From Escherichia phage vB_EcoM_ACG-C40: a stretch of 64,000 nt of DNA. Below the pieces are notes generated by a model. That model saw only the letters and a program-made list of their open reading frames with translations, searched no databases and had not been told where the DNA came from. The DNA lies in the sequence record NC_019399.1. The stretch is one strand, 5' to 3'. Below are positions 55,003 to 64,000 of the stretch, piece after piece (the first letter of the stretch is position 1; the number at the start of each line of letters is the position of its first letter). The translations under genes and the position numbers were made by a program.

Positions 55003-55275
55003 TTATTTGTTCGTATACATTTCTAGATATCGATATACACCCTCAAAACCCTCGTTGAATTCATCGATGAGGGTTTTCTTATCTTCTTGAGTTAATTCAG
55101 AAACAATTTTACGAAATGAATTCTGATTTAACTTTCTACCTTCATGCGTTACTCCAATCTCATTAAGAAATGCAATAAAATTAGCACGATTCTCAACAAT
55201 ATCTTCTCTGGAAAATTTAATCAAAATAGATGCAACAGTAATAATTTCACGAACTGTATCAATGTTTTTATTCAT
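55003..55275 (-). CDS. asiA: anti-sigma-70 factor AsiA
   Basis: 90-aa ORF MNKNIDTVREIITVASILIKFSREDIVENRANF..., recognised. Confidence 0.9.
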   Translation of the reverse strand: MNKNIDTVREIITVASILIKFSREDIVENRANFIAFLNEIGVTHEGRKLNQNSFRKIVSELTQEDKKTLIDEFNEGFEGVYRYLEMYTNK

Positions 55276-55299
55276 TAACTATACCACTCAATTAGTTGA

Positions 55300-55340
55300 C
55301 TTTGTTATAATATCATCAGACGCTTGATTTGTAAACTGGT
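55300..55340 (-). promoter_or_regulatory. T4 early-type promoter upstream of asiA
   Basis: - strand GTTTAC-17nt-TATTAT. Confidence 0.5.
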
Positions 55341-55436
55341 CTGTGTTATTTTCTTCAAAAATTTTTTCTACGAATTCCTTGAACGACTCGCGTTCCTGAG
55401 CTACATTATGCTCGATTACCATTTCAAGATTATGAC

Positions 55437-55715
55437 TCATTCGAAATAATCTTCAATTTCGTAATCATGGACATAAATCATTATAGTTTTTAATACATCA
55501 TCAATACTTTTTCCTGGAGCTGGAATTACGTAAAAATATCCTGCTTTTGAGAGGTCTTTATAAGTTCCAATCAAGAAATCATTATTCTCAAGATGTAACT
55601 CTTCAACTAATTCATTGACAATTGAATGGTATAGGTTTGGTAGAAACTTATATAGCTTTTCTAGAATATCAATTTTGATTGTGTATTGAACCACGGACTG
55701 AGAATCAATAATCAT
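55437..55715 (-). CDS. arn: acidic 92-aa protein, possibly Arn
   Basis: size and neighbourhood (upstream of asiA) match T4 arn; sequence identity not verified. Confidence 0.4.
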   Translation of the reverse strand: MIIDSQSVVQYTIKIDILEKLYKFLPNLYHSIVNELVEELHLENNDFLIGTYKDLSKAGYFYVIPAPGKSIDDVLKTIMIYVHDYEIEDYFE

Positions 55716-55798
55716 AGACCTTCCCCTTATGTTTCTGTTTGCGATTAGATTCTTTAAACGCTTTCTTCTTATCCTTATGAACAGAAGCTTTATTAAAA

Positions 55799-56017
55799 TT
55801 ATGTTTTGCGACTAAATTGTTCATAGTGCTGAATTACCTCTCTTAAACATTTGCATGTGAATGAAAACTTTTTAGCTACACCACATTCAAATATATGTTC
55901 TCTTAAATCACGTGTATCAGTATATCCCATCTCAACAATAAAATGCCTTATTAGATTTTTATCTTTATCATTGAGAGAATTAAAATAATCAGATTTTGAA
56001 TTAATTTCCCTGGCCAA
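55799..56017 (-). CDS. hypothetical protein (72 aa)
   Basis: ORF track. Confidence 0.5.
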   Translation of the reverse strand: MAREINSKSDYFNSLNDKDKNLIRHFIVEMGYTDTRDLREHIFECGVAKKFSFTCKCLREVIQHYEQFSRKT

Positions 56018-56297
56018 ATTGAATCACCTTCAGTTGACGTTTTAGTTCTTTTATCATTTCTTCGTTCATCGCAATATAAAGATCGCGTAAAGCAGGTTTT
56101 AACATTCCATTTACTGGAGAACTAAATGGACATACATAATCTTTTCCTACGAGCTTTTTGGTGAATTCCATATCACAGAACTGAAATGCCGGTTCATTGG
56201 CATAAATTCCCCAATTAGTTGACATCATTTTATTGGCATATTCCAACGCCTGGATTTGATTCTTAATTCCATCAATTTGAAACTTTTTAATATTCAT
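56001..56297 (-). CDS. hypothetical protein (98 aa)
   Basis: ORF track. Confidence 0.5.
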   Translation of the reverse strand: MNIKKFQIDGIKNQIQALEYANKMMSTNWGIYANEPAFQFCDMEFTKKLVGKDYVCPFSSPVNGMLKPALRDLYIAMNEEMIKELKRQLKVIQFGQGN

Positions 56298-56764
56298 TAG
56301 TAAAGGTCCTCAGAGTAAAGTTCTTTTTCACTACCACCACGTTCAATACGCACTTGTCCAGCGTAAGTTGCAATAATCATTGCTTCTTCACGTGTCCAGT
56401 AATTGCTATACTGGTCAATAAATCCTTGGTCTTCACCACAAACATGGTCTGATACAAGTTTATCACTTACCTGGTCAAGAACTTCAGCCATATCTTTAGA
56501 ATAATGACGAGCACCAGGAATAACCAGAGTCCCACCATCTTTTAACTTAAAGCGGTTGGCTGCACACACAATTCGACGTTGATATTTTTCATTATTGTTC
56601 CAATGAGCTACTTGCCAACAGATTTCAGGAACCTCTTCTAAAACATCCTCTTCCGTATATTCGGTGTAGTCGCCATAGGCCTGTAATTTAGCTGCTAGAC
56701 TTTCTGGAGTTTCACGTAATAAAGCCAGGTCTAATAATTCAAGACGCTCTTTGAAGGTTTTCAT
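56297..56764 (-). CDS. hypothetical protein (155 aa)
   Basis: ORF track; ATGA-type coupling with downstream ORF. Confidence 0.55.
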   Translation of the reverse strand: MKTFKERLELLDLALLRETPESLAAKLQAYGDYTEYTEEDVLEEVPEICWQVAHWNNNEKYQRRIVCAANRFKLKDGGTLVIPGARHYSKDMAEVLDQVSDKLVSDHVCGEDQGFIDQYSNYWTREEAMIIATYAGQVRIERGGSEKELYSEDLY

Positions 56765-56912
56765 TTGGTTTCCTCAACACTTTTAATTTTTATAGCTTGT
56801 TTAGAACTTTCAAAGCATTGACAATATACTCTTACCGCATCAAACTGGTTGGCCGCTTTAAGATGGACTACACCTTCGCCGTTATAAAATTCTACGACAA
56901 TTTTAAATGTTT

Positions 56913-57119
56913 TCATTTAAACCATCCTTTAATACGTTGCCATAAAGTTTTCTGTTGAGCTTTGTTAACACCAATTGAACGAATAACTGGTTGAGATTCC
57001 TGAAATTCTTTATAATCAGCAAGGTAAATTTCGTAAGCTGCATCCGTAAATGAACTTATAGCTGCCATGAAATTATTGCGAATACCTACTGGAGCATCTT
57101 TACTTTCACGAATAATCAT
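56913..57119 (-). CDS. hypothetical protein (68 aa)
   Basis: ORF track. Confidence 0.5.
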   Translation of the reverse strand: MIIRESKDAPVGIRNNFMAAISSFTDAAYEIYLADYKEFQESQPVIRSIGVNKAQQKTLWQRIKGWFK

Positions 57120-57252
57120 ATATTTACCAGTCTTAATCTTTACAATAGTTCAAAGATAAGCTCCATGGTACCAAATATCCCAACCCTCTTGAGTAGGTTC
57201 TGCACAACGACGAAGTTCATTAACAATTTCTAACTTGTTCATTATTTATTCC

Positions 57253-57888
57253 TCACAGTTCAGATGCTACAGTGATTACAGCTTCAATGTTTTCTGCCGA
57301 GCGTTTAATGTCAAGATACACATTACCGTTTTTAGCGATTTTACATGACATTCCGATGTCAGTAAATTTCTGAATATGATGTTCCATCATTTTGTATCCA
57401 AAAATTCGCATATTTCCATTGTTGTTAATTTCAAAATTACGAATTCCGTGAGTGCGTTTTTCTAAAATAGCGAGATAGTTACTGCGGTAAGTTTCAACCT
57501 TTTTAAGAACAAATCCATTTTCATCTAAAAGTTTTAACATGAAGTCTTTATCTTCTTCCATATCAGAAGTAATCTCACGAGCTTTACGAGTTGCTCGTTT
57601 TTTCAGCAGTTCCGGAGCGTTTTCCTGTGCGTATAAAGTTGCTGCATTTGAAATAATATCCTGAGCTTCACCTGTAATGATTAATCCATCACCAGATTTC
57701 TCCACCAGGCCTTTTTTAATCAATACCCCAATATTACTATTAACTACTGCGTTACCTAAATCTGGATGCACCTCACGAACTTCTGCAGCTGTAATGAAAT
57801 CTTTCTTAGCAATGGTAATTAAAATCGCAGCAGTTTTTTCATTCAGAACATCGTTAGAAGCTTTGATGATGTAAGTTACTTTAGACAT
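57253..57888 (-). CDS. motA: middle-transcription activator MotA
   Basis: 211-aa ORF MSKVTYIIKASNDVLNEKTAAILITIAKKDF..., recognised. Confidence 0.9.
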   Translation of the reverse strand: MSKVTYIIKASNDVLNEKTAAILITIAKKDFITAAEVREVHPDLGNAVVNSNIGVLIKKGLVEKSGDGLIITGEAQDIISNAATLYAQENAPELLKKRATRKAREITSDMEEDKDFMLKLLDENGFVLKKVETYRSNYLAILEKRTHGIRNFEINNNGNMRIFGYKMMEHHIQKFTDIGMSCKIAKNGNVYLDIKRSAENIEAVITVASEL

Positions 57889-57919
57889 TTTAATCTCCGT
57901 TTCAGTTCATTTATTTGAT

Positions 57920-57960
57920 AGGTCTATAGTATCATGTTTAAAGCAGAAGTAAACACTTTT
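57920..57960 (-). promoter_or_regulatory. T4 early-type promoter upstream of motA
   Basis: - strand GTTTAC-17nt-TACTAT. Confidence 0.5.
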
Positions 57961-57993
57961 TTGCACTCTTTTTCAAGAGCTCTAATAAAGTAC

Positions 57994-58221
57994 TTACTTA
58001 ATGTTCAGATTACGAACTTCGATTTCGTCTTCATGGGCAAAATCAAACTGTTTGAATTCTGTGTCACCTTTAAATTTAAAAATCATTGTGAAGAAAGTCA
58101 GAACACCAGGTTTTTCTTCACGAACTCCACAGATATCATATTCAATACCATCTACAACCAGTTTGTTAGCAGTCAGAGCATTTTTAGCTTTAACGATTTC
58201 GTTTTCGATTTTAAATTTCAT
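57994..58221 (-). CDS. hypothetical protein (75 aa)
   Basis: ORF track. Confidence 0.5.
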   Translation of the reverse strand: MKFKIENEIVKAKNALTANKLVVDGIEYDICGVREEKPGVLTFFTMIFKFKGDTEFKQFDFAHEDEIEVRNLNIK

Positions 58222-58267
58222 TTTTTGTATCTCCGGGTTGTTTGTTTCAGTTCATTTATTTGATAGT

Positions 58268-58302
58268 TGTATAGTACCACAGTATGCTTTGGTTGTAAAC
58301 CG
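58268..58302 (-). promoter_or_regulatory. T4 early-type promoter
   Basis: - strand GTTTACA-18nt-TACTAT upstream of ORF starting 58221. Confidence 0.5.
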
Positions 58303-58325
58303 TTTTGTGAAAAAATTTTTGAAAT

Positions 58326-58351
58326 AAAAAAGGGAGAGCCGAGGCTCTCCC
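58326..58351 (-). terminator. rho-independent terminator
   Basis: - strand agggagagcc-tcg-gctctccc + TTTTTTATTTC. Confidence 0.65.
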
Positions 58352-58356
58352 TAAAA

Positions 58357-58506
58357 TTACTGCATGACTGTGATAACTGTCATGATAACACGTTGAATTC
58401 CGAACGCAAGAAGACCTCCTGCTACGGCAGGAACAACACCTAAACCCGCCAGTAAAATGCCACCAGATACTAATGCAGCGCTTGTGATACCAATGAATGG
58501 ACTCAT
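58357..58506 (-). CDS. small hydrophobic membrane protein (49 aa)
   Basis: hand-translated MSPFIGITSAALVSGGILLAGLGVVPAVAGGLLAFGIQRVIMTVITVMQ; ATGA overlap with gene 52 stop. Confidence 0.5.
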   Translation of the reverse strand: MSPFIGITSAALVSGGILLAGLGVVPAVAGGLLAFGIQRVIMTVITVMQ

Positions 58507-59831
58507 TTGATTTCCTCTAAATCTTTGGTGTATTCTGTAACTACATCAGTAGTTTTCCAATATTCGTTTTCTTCTTTTTTGGCTTTAGCTTCTTCAGCAA
58601 GTTTCTTTGCTTCGTCGGAAGTCATATGAAAAATGTTCATTCCAACTAGTTTATCAACATAAGAAGAATACATATCAATTTTAAAAAGTTCTTCGGTCAG
58701 TTCTTTGCGAGTTTTACCTTGTACAACAATTTCACCTGAAATTACTTTCTTAATGAAATGTGCCTTGGCAAAAGCTAAACGAAATGCTGATTCAGTTTCT
58801 TTGATTTTGTTATCAATTCGTTTTTGGACATAAGTTTTACGAACTTCAACGAAGTCTTTGATTAAATCAACTACGTTATCGTAAACTTGCAGCTTTCCTT
58901 TCTCATTAATGACTGTAATATTCTGAGAACGACGCTCAATCAGTCCGAAGTCTTTCATAATTTTTGCATGGCGTTCTTCTTCATTATCGCTCAAAGAGTA
59001 TTCTTTTCGGAATTTAACTTTGAAGCCAAAGCCATGCTCACCACAAGCATCATCCCATGTAATGAAGCCTTTATCTTCAAGTGGGTCTAAGATTTTACTC
59101 ACGTAAGTTTCACGATCATACTTATATGGAATCTCAGTGATATGCATTTGAGTTCGTGAAGTAAACTTATATGTTCCACGAATTTCATATTGCCCATCAA
59201 TTTCAACGACTTCACCACGAAATTCTGGGAATTCTACCTTCGGTTTAGTTACTTTCTTTCCTTGAAGAGCTTGCAGTACAGCTTTCTTGACAGAAGAAAC
59301 ACTATGAGGAAGAATGTAAGTTGCATAACCAGTTGCAATACCGGAAACGCCATTAAGAAGAACAGTAGGAATAACAGGCAAATAGAAAGCAGGCGGAATG
59401 TGTTCTTTATCTTGATGTACCGGAGCATATTCAGTATCTTTATATACGTTATAGAAATTTTTACTTACACGAGCAAAAATATAACGACTTGCTGCTGCCT
59501 TTTGGACAGTACGAGAACCGAAGTTTCCTTGACCGTCTAACAGAGGAAAGTTATTATTCCAAGTGTTAGCCATCAAAGCACCTGCGTCTTGCGCAGAGTT
59601 TTCACCATGATGATATCCAAGGTCCGCTACACCGCCTGCGATAGAAGCGAGTTTGTGAAACTTATCTTTATTTCCTCGTGCCAAATCAAGAGCTCGAGCA
59701 ATAACAAATCGTTGAACTGGCTTAAATCCGTCAATCATATTTGGAATGGCACGATTTTCAACCGTGTACATAGCATAAGCCAATGCTTCATTATCAATGA
59801 TACTTTTTAAATCACGATTATTCAGTTGCAT
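58503..59831 (-). CDS. 52: DNA topoisomerase II medium subunit gp52
   Basis: 442-aa ORF with GyrA-like N-terminal region. Confidence 0.9.
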   Translation of the reverse strand: MQLNNRDLKSIIDNEALAYAMYTVENRAIPNMIDGFKPVQRFVIARALDLARGNKDKFHKLASIAGGVADLGYHHGENSAQDAGALMANTWNNNFPLLDGQGNFGSRTVQKAAASRYIFARVSKNFYNVYKDTEYAPVHQDKEHIPPAFYLPVIPTVLLNGVSGIATGYATYILPHSVSSVKKAVLQALQGKKVTKPKVEFPEFRGEVVEIDGQYEIRGTYKFTSRTQMHITEIPYKYDRETYVSKILDPLEDKGFITWDDACGEHGFGFKVKFRKEYSLSDNEEERHAKIMKDFGLIERRSQNITVINEKGKLQVYDNVVDLIKDFVEVRKTYVQKRIDNKIKETESAFRLAFAKAHFIKKVISGEIVVQGKTRKELTEELFKIDMYSSYVDKLVGMNIFHMTSDEAKKLAEEAKAKKEENEYWKTTDVVTEYTKDLEEIK

Positions 59832-59835
59832 AAAT

Positions 59836-59976
59836 TTACCATACTAGTGAATGTAGTGCCATAATAACATCAGAAATGAAAAGCACGACTTGAATTAATC
59901 CGAACATTATTCCGTAATATAATGCTATCAATAAAATAGCAAGGGCTAATGAATAGCCCAAGATTTTCTTAATCAT
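59836..59976 (-). CDS. small hydrophobic membrane protein (46 aa)
   Basis: hand-translated MIKKILGYSLALAILLIALYYGIMFGLIQVVLFISDVIMALHSLVW. Confidence 0.45.
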   Translation of the reverse strand: MIKKILGYSLALAILLIALYYGIMFGLIQVVLFISDVIMALHSLVW

Positions 59977-60127
59977 TAGTAGATAACAACACAAATGTTA
60001 AATATGCACACATACCCTGGGCTAAAGCTTGTGAAAACACACTGCTAGCATCGATACAGATAGTTAAAACACATGCTACTATCCAACAAATAAATGAAAT
60101 AACTCCTAATAATTTTGCGATATTCAT
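59969..60127 (-). CDS. ac: small membrane protein (52 aa), possibly Ac
   Basis: hand-translated MNIAKLLGVISFICWIVACVLTICIDASSVFSQALAQGMCAYLTFVLLSTND; size and position next to stp fit T4 ac. Confidence 0.4.
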   Translation of the reverse strand: MNIAKLLGVISFICWIVACVLTICIDASSVFSQALAQGMCAYLTFVLLSTND

Positions 60128-60134
60128 ATTTTCC

Positions 60135-60215
60135 TCACTGGCGTCCGAAGACGCCTTTAGTTTTAAGATTATTACGATAGAACTGCATCACGTGTTCGTT
60201 GTGGAAATTACTCAT
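60135..60215 (-). CDS. stp: Stp peptide (26 aa), PrrC anticodon-nuclease activator
   Basis: hand-translated [26 protein letters not shown], recognised as T4 Stp; start overlaps ndd stop (TAATG). Confidence 0.7.
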
Positions 60216-60673
60216 TAATATGCCTGCAAAACGAATTTAAAATTATCAGCCAACATACGGTTCATTTCTTCAAGTGTTTGATACTCAGAATGATGATTAC
60301 GAGTAAACGCTAAAGCTAACTGTCCTTTTCCAAATCCCGTCGTCAGAGGTTTCATCTTAGAAGCAGGCAGATAAAATACTGCGTATGGAACATTGTTATT
60401 TGCAATAGTACGTGCAAGCTGAGACCGACGTTGACGAATATGACTTAGAACTGCACTGAATCCTTGCTTAGAACGCTGATTACCTACATAAAATCGTGCA
60501 GACACACATGGATTACTAAATGGACGACCATCTAATTTACTTACTAAAAAATAAAATCCAGGTTTAGATAAAATATCTTTATGCGGAGTTCCCAAAAACC
60601 ACTCACCACCCTTGATTGTACCAATAACAGTAGCGCCTGCATTATTCAAATCAGTAACAGTCATGTATTTCAT
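60215..60673 (-). CDS. ndd: nucleoid disruption protein Ndd
   Basis: 151-aa product from [28 protein letters not shown] upstream. Confidence 0.85.
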
Positions 60674-60731
60674 ATTAATTTCCTCTAAATTATTTTCTAC
60701 TCCAAGGCCGCATGAATACGCGGCCATTAAA

Positions 60732-60947
60732 TTAATCGTCGCAGTCGACGCTCAATTCCCAAAACTCTTCTACGGTATAAGTTTCAGTATCATTTTCAAT
60801 ACAGAAACGTTCATTACTGTTATTTGCTAAAGTAGCATTAACTGTCGGTTTCTCGCTAGTGCTCTTAAGAGGTGAAATACGAATTAACTGATCACCGTTA
60901 TCTAAACAGAAAATTTCACCAACTTTTACATCTTTAAAGATTTTCAT
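60732..60947 (-). CDS. hypothetical protein (71 aa)
   Basis: ORF track. Confidence 0.5.
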   Translation of the reverse strand: MKIFKDVKVGEIFCLDNGDQLIRISPLKSTSEKPTVNATLANNSNERFCIENDTETYTVEEFWELSVDCDD

Positions 60948-61062
60948 AATTCACCTCAAGGAATATAAAATCCGAATGCAGTTGTTGACCATCCCATCCA
61001 ATATGGGAAATTTGCACCAATGTAAAACATGAGAATATAAAACCAACCGCTCAGCAAATTCA

Positions 61063-61281
61063 TCATTTTACACCATTCCAAATTGTTTCAACTACGGATT
61101 TTAAACCATTTTGATGAATATCAATTCCGACTACTGTCATCAAATAGATTCCAACTACAACTGAACCTAAGGCAAAAATCAGCATGAAAATGAATAAAGC
61201 CGGAAAAATATTATCGAAAAACCATTCAATAAATGTAAAAGCATTGCGTTTACGTTTCATATTTTCCTCACATAAATCCAA
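61063..61281 (-). CDS. hypothetical membrane protein (72 aa)
   Basis: ORF track; hydrophobic segment. Confidence 0.5.
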   Translation of the reverse strand: MDLCEENMKRKRNAFTFIEWFFDNIFPALFIFMLIFALGSVVVGIYLMTVVGIDIHQNGLKSVVETIWNGVK

Positions 61282-61381
61282 AGTAAACGTTTAATACATC
61301 AATCATTAAAACGATTGGGAATATACTCAAAACTATTAGTATTATAACTACATTCCATATAGCTTTAATAATCTTTTTCAT
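61268..61381 (-). CDS. small membrane peptide (37 aa from MKKIIKAIWNVV...)
   Basis: track ORF trimmed to Met preceded by SD GGAGGAA and early promoter. Confidence 0.45.
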   Translation of the reverse strand: MKKIIKAIWNVVIILIVLSIFPIVLMIDVLNVYFGFM

Positions 61382-61405
61382 TTTCTGTTCCTCCGTAGTT
61401 GATAG

Positions 61406-61441
61406 GGTAATAGTACCACGGAAGAACAGTCTTGTAAACAA
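61406..61441 (-). promoter_or_regulatory. T4 early-type promoter
   Basis: - strand GTTTACA-18nt-TACTAT. Confidence 0.5.
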
Positions 61442-61624
61442 CTTTTTTAAAAATATTCGTAATAAATGTGAATACCAACTACTACCGCTGAAACCTGTGC
61501 AACCCACCACGCACAAGCAATAAGTACAGAATTCAAAATTTTCATAATAACCTCATCACAAAAGTAAATGTTAAACAAATTACTGGAATACTAATTAACC
61601 AAACAAAACACCACCATAATGAAC

Positions 61625-61987
61625 TCATAGTTCAATCTCAACGATTTTCATTTCATTACTATTAATAGCCTCTTTAAGACTATCTGAAAGAATTACATTC
61701 CAGTGGTCATTCATATGACCATTAACTAAGCGTGTAATTTCTTCAGGAGTTGAAAAATAAGGCTGATCGGACTCCCAATGCGATAATCCTAAGCGAGTAT
61801 AAATCATGCCTTCATCATCGCTAGAATATTCAACTGACACAAACTCATCAGTTATTTTATGCTTAGCATAATAAAATTTAAATTTCATTTTACTCTCCAA
61901 ATCCGTATCAGTTGATAGTTGTATAGTACCACGGTCCTTGTGGTATGTAAACCATTTTGTGAAATTTTTTAAATGGAAAGATACCAT
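61625..61987 (-). CDS. hypothetical protein (track ORF 120 aa; likely true start at internal Met, about 87 aa)
   Basis: ORF track; 5' portion of track ORF overlaps a promoter element. Confidence 0.5.
   Translation of the reverse strand: MVSFHLKNFTKWFTYHKDRGTIQLSTDTDLESKMKFKFYYAKHKITDEFVSVEYSSDDEGMIYTRLGLSHWESDQPYFSTPEEITRLVNGHMNDHWNVILSDSLKEAINSNEMKIVEIEL
61922..61955 (-). promoter_or_regulatory. T4 early-type promoter
   Basis: - strand TTTACA-18nt-TACTAT, same repeat family. Confidence 0.45.
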
Positions 61988-62526
61988 CCGCTGTAGTTGC
62001 TTTTTCTTACAACCTTACGAAGGTCTTCTCTATCACCGATGAACTTCGGAGTGTATTGGATGACACCTGGATGAATTTCTTTAGTGTTGAATATAATTAT
62101 ACAGTCAGCGACTTGATGATTTAGAATGGGCCCTAGATTTATTCCAGAACCGTATGGATACTCTCCGCTGCATCCTGTTGTTACAGAAATCCAACGTGAG
62201 CCAGTTTGATGTGTCTTAACTTCTACACGAAGCCCACAGTATTTTGGATGTGCTAAAACATCCCACGCGTATGTATATGGATCATCGACATCTTCTTGAC
62301 CTTTATTAACATACCCGCTTAGCCAATCTGCTACAAAAAACTCTGCGTACACAGCGATACGGCATCTTTCGATAACTTCTGCCTTATCCTGATTTGGGTT
62401 TTGTTTTAAAGAGTATCTTGCAGTATCAGCAATTTTGACCTTCATTTCGCTAGTCAAGTCACTGTTCGATAGGGTAAATGTCGGAATCTGAAATAGTCTC
62501 TGTAAACCCGGATTCGTTTTCTGCAT
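61969..62526 (-). CDS. denB: endonuclease IV
   Basis: 185-aa ORF MQKTNPGLQRLFQIPTFTLSN..., recognised. Confidence 0.85.
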   Translation of the reverse strand: MQKTNPGLQRLFQIPTFTLSNSDLTSEMKVKIADTARYSLKQNPNQDKAEVIERCRIAVYAEFFVADWLSGYVNKGQEDVDDPYTYAWDVLAHPKYCGLRVEVKTHQTGSRWISVTTGCSGEYPYGSGINLGPILNHQVADCIIIFNTKEIHPGVIQYTPKFIGDREDLRKVVRKSNYSGWYLSI

Positions 62527-62788
62527 TTAGACTTTCCTTTTTACCACTGAGATAAGCGTTATATACTTTAAGAGTGCCGTAATAAATTCGGTCATTTTCA
62601 TCTAAAGACTCGCGGTCAAGTTCATCGAGCTCCTTTTTATCCATGACTATAACATCATTACAGTAAAGAAACCCAAGTTTTTCGTGACCAAACTCAAATT
62701 TATTACAGTACACAATATTAGCGTGATGATTTCCGTGCAGTTTAATCTCTTTTATGTCGGAATCACCGATATTCATACAATAAATCAT
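62459..62788 (-). CDS. hypothetical protein (109 aa)
   Basis: ORF track; overlaps denB start. Confidence 0.5.
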   Translation of the reverse strand: MIYCMNIGDSDIKEIKLHGNHHANIVYCNKFEFGHEKLGFLYCNDVIVMDKKELDELDRESLDENDRIYYGTLKVYNAYLSGKKESLNAENESGFTETISDSDIYPIEQ

Positions 62789-62805
62789 AATTTTTCCTTA
62801 AAAAC

Positions 62806-62830
62806 AAAAGGGCCGAAGCCCTTTATTTTA
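62806..62830. terminator. bidirectional hairpin terminator
   Basis: aaaagggcc-gaag-ccctttatttt. Confidence 0.55.
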
Positions 62831-63022
62831 CTTGAATTGTGCAATTCTTTTCTCTAGACATTCAGCATAAGATTTCATTGAGATAAACTGCGAAAGTAAC
62901 AGTTCTTGCTCAACTGCATTAACTGTTAGAAACTTTGCGCTTTCTAAAAATTTGCTCAGTGCATTAATTTTGAGCATTAATTGATCGTATTCTTCTTTTA
63001 CTCGTGCTTGATAACCTAACAT
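62828..63022 (-). CDS. hypothetical protein (64 aa)
   Basis: ORF track. Confidence 0.5.
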   Translation of the reverse strand: MLGYQARVKEEYDQLMLKINALSKFLESAKFLTVNAVEQELLLSQFISMKSYAECLEKRIAQFK

Positions 63023-63050
63023 AATTTTCCTTAGTTAAGGGCCGAAGCCC

Positions 63051-63989
63051 TTATTTAAATTGTTCAGTAACGTCTTCAACTACTTCGTATTGGCAGGTAC
63101 GCATTTTAGCATCGTTGTAATCAATCGGAATTGATACTACATCACGCGGATGTACTTTAACTTTTACAACTCGACTAGTTGAACTGCCAAAGTGACGAAT
63201 ATAAGATTTAGAACACACATGCAGACCACGAGAACAAGTTTGTGTATCATCGTCATTCACACGAGTACGTGGCATTTTAACTACTTTACCCGGACTGTTA
63301 TCAAAGGTGTTTGAGTGACAGTCAAAGTAGTTGTCACGAACTACTTTCCAAGCATAGAAGTAACCATCTTCTGTAATTTCAATATCATTTGCTACCAAGA
63401 AATCAAAGAGTCGAGATACCGCTTTTTGGCTTGGGTTTTCCAGCAGATTTTCCAAGAACGGAAAATAAAATTCAAAGTTTTCACCTTTTTCCATCGAATC
63501 GAGAATACGATCAACCAGACCAGACCGTAATTCGATATTTTGATAGAACAAGCTTCCGCCTTCAATTCGAACATCACCAGAAATATATTTTTCAACAGCG
63601 CGACGAACATTAATTTTTTGTGCCGCTTCTTCCAACTTATCCGCTACAAGCAGATTAAGAATTTCCTGGAAGTTTGAATGAGTATTAGGAGTTGCGTTAT
63701 AAGTTACACCGTCAACAGTAATTGAAATGAATTTTTTAGATGCATTCCAAATAATGTCAGATTTAGCAACTGGAGCAATAGCTACATCGCTATTAACTTT
63801 AACTGTAATATCACCGCTAATAGTAACTTTAGAGCGTTTAGCTTCTTCAGCATTTTTCAAAACACGACGGATTGTGTCAACCGATACACCTTGCCAATCA
63901 GCCAATTCCTGTTGGGTGTAATTACCACTTGAATACAGCTTAACAATTTCAGCTTGTTCGTTTTTGGTCAGGCATTTAATATTGTACAT
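63051..63989 (-). CDS. rIIB: rIIB protein
   Basis: 312-aa ORF MYNIKCLTKNEQAEIVKLYSSGNYTQQELADW..., recognised. Confidence 0.9.
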   Translation of the reverse strand: MYNIKCLTKNEQAEIVKLYSSGNYTQQELADWQGVSVDTIRRVLKNAEEAKRSKVTISGDITVKVNSDVAIAPVAKSDIIWNASKKFISITVDGVTYNATPNTHSNFQEILNLLVADKLEEAAQKINVRRAVEKYISGDVRIEGGSLFYQNIELRSGLVDRILDSMEKGENFEFYFPFLENLLENPSQKAVSRLFDFLVANDIEITEDGYFYAWKVVRDNYFDCHSNTFDNSPGKVVKMPRTRVNDDDTQTCSRGLHVCSKSYIRHFGSSTSRVVKVKVHPRDVVSIPIDYNDAKMRTCQYEVVEDVTEQFK

Positions 63990-64000
63990 AATTTTCCTTA

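Noticed and set aside
60140-60156. GC hairpin ggcgtc-cgaag-acgcc as a terminator
   Set aside because: It falls inside the stp coding sequence and is followed on the - strand by an SD and ATG rather than a U-tract.
62461-62510. Early-promoter-like gatag...gtaaac element
   Set aside because: Lies inside denB coding sequence and lacks a properly spaced -10 hexamer on the - strand.

Overview
The window is a contiguous 64-kb segment of a T-even (T4-like, Tequatrovirus) myovirus genome, running from the 3' end of major capsid gene 23 to the start of rIIB. Identification rests on recognising the translated ORFs; no database search was possible. Late and structural genes lie on the + strand (23, 24, uvsW, 51, 27, 28, 29, 48, 54, 34, 35, 36, 37, 38, t). 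Early and middle genes lie on the - strand (rnlB, hoc, inh, uvsY, 25, 26, alt, 30, rIII, 31, cd, pseT, alc, rnlA, denA, nrdB, nrdA, td, frd, 32, 59, 33, dsbA, rnh, asiA, motA, 52, stp, ndd, denB, rIIB). No rRNA, tRNA or CRISPR array was found. No new multi-gene system is evident; the points worth a second look are local. (1) hoc is broken by a +1 frameshift in an A8 run. (2) rnlB carries an in-frame TGA at codon 215. (3) An HNH endonuclease gene sits between uvsW and uvsW.1, and a GIY-YIG Seg-like gene between inh and uvsW. (4) The td gene has its 1016-nt group I intron with I-TevI, while nrdB is intronless. (5) A 68-codon ORF is inserted at the frd/td junction. (6) A roughly 350-bp GC-rich, ORF-free island lies between a small basic-protein gene and rIII. 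(7) A degenerate tandem copy of the alt 5' region follows alt. (8) A 52-bp perfect repeat occurs at two loci. (9) The distal tail-fibre module is T2/T6-type (gp38 adhesin with Gly-rich motifs; gp37 with a C-terminal chaperone-like domain). CDS coordinates come from the supplied ORF track, with starts re-assigned where the protein start was recognisable; promoter, hairpin and small-ORF coordinates were hand-counted and may be off by 1-2 nt.
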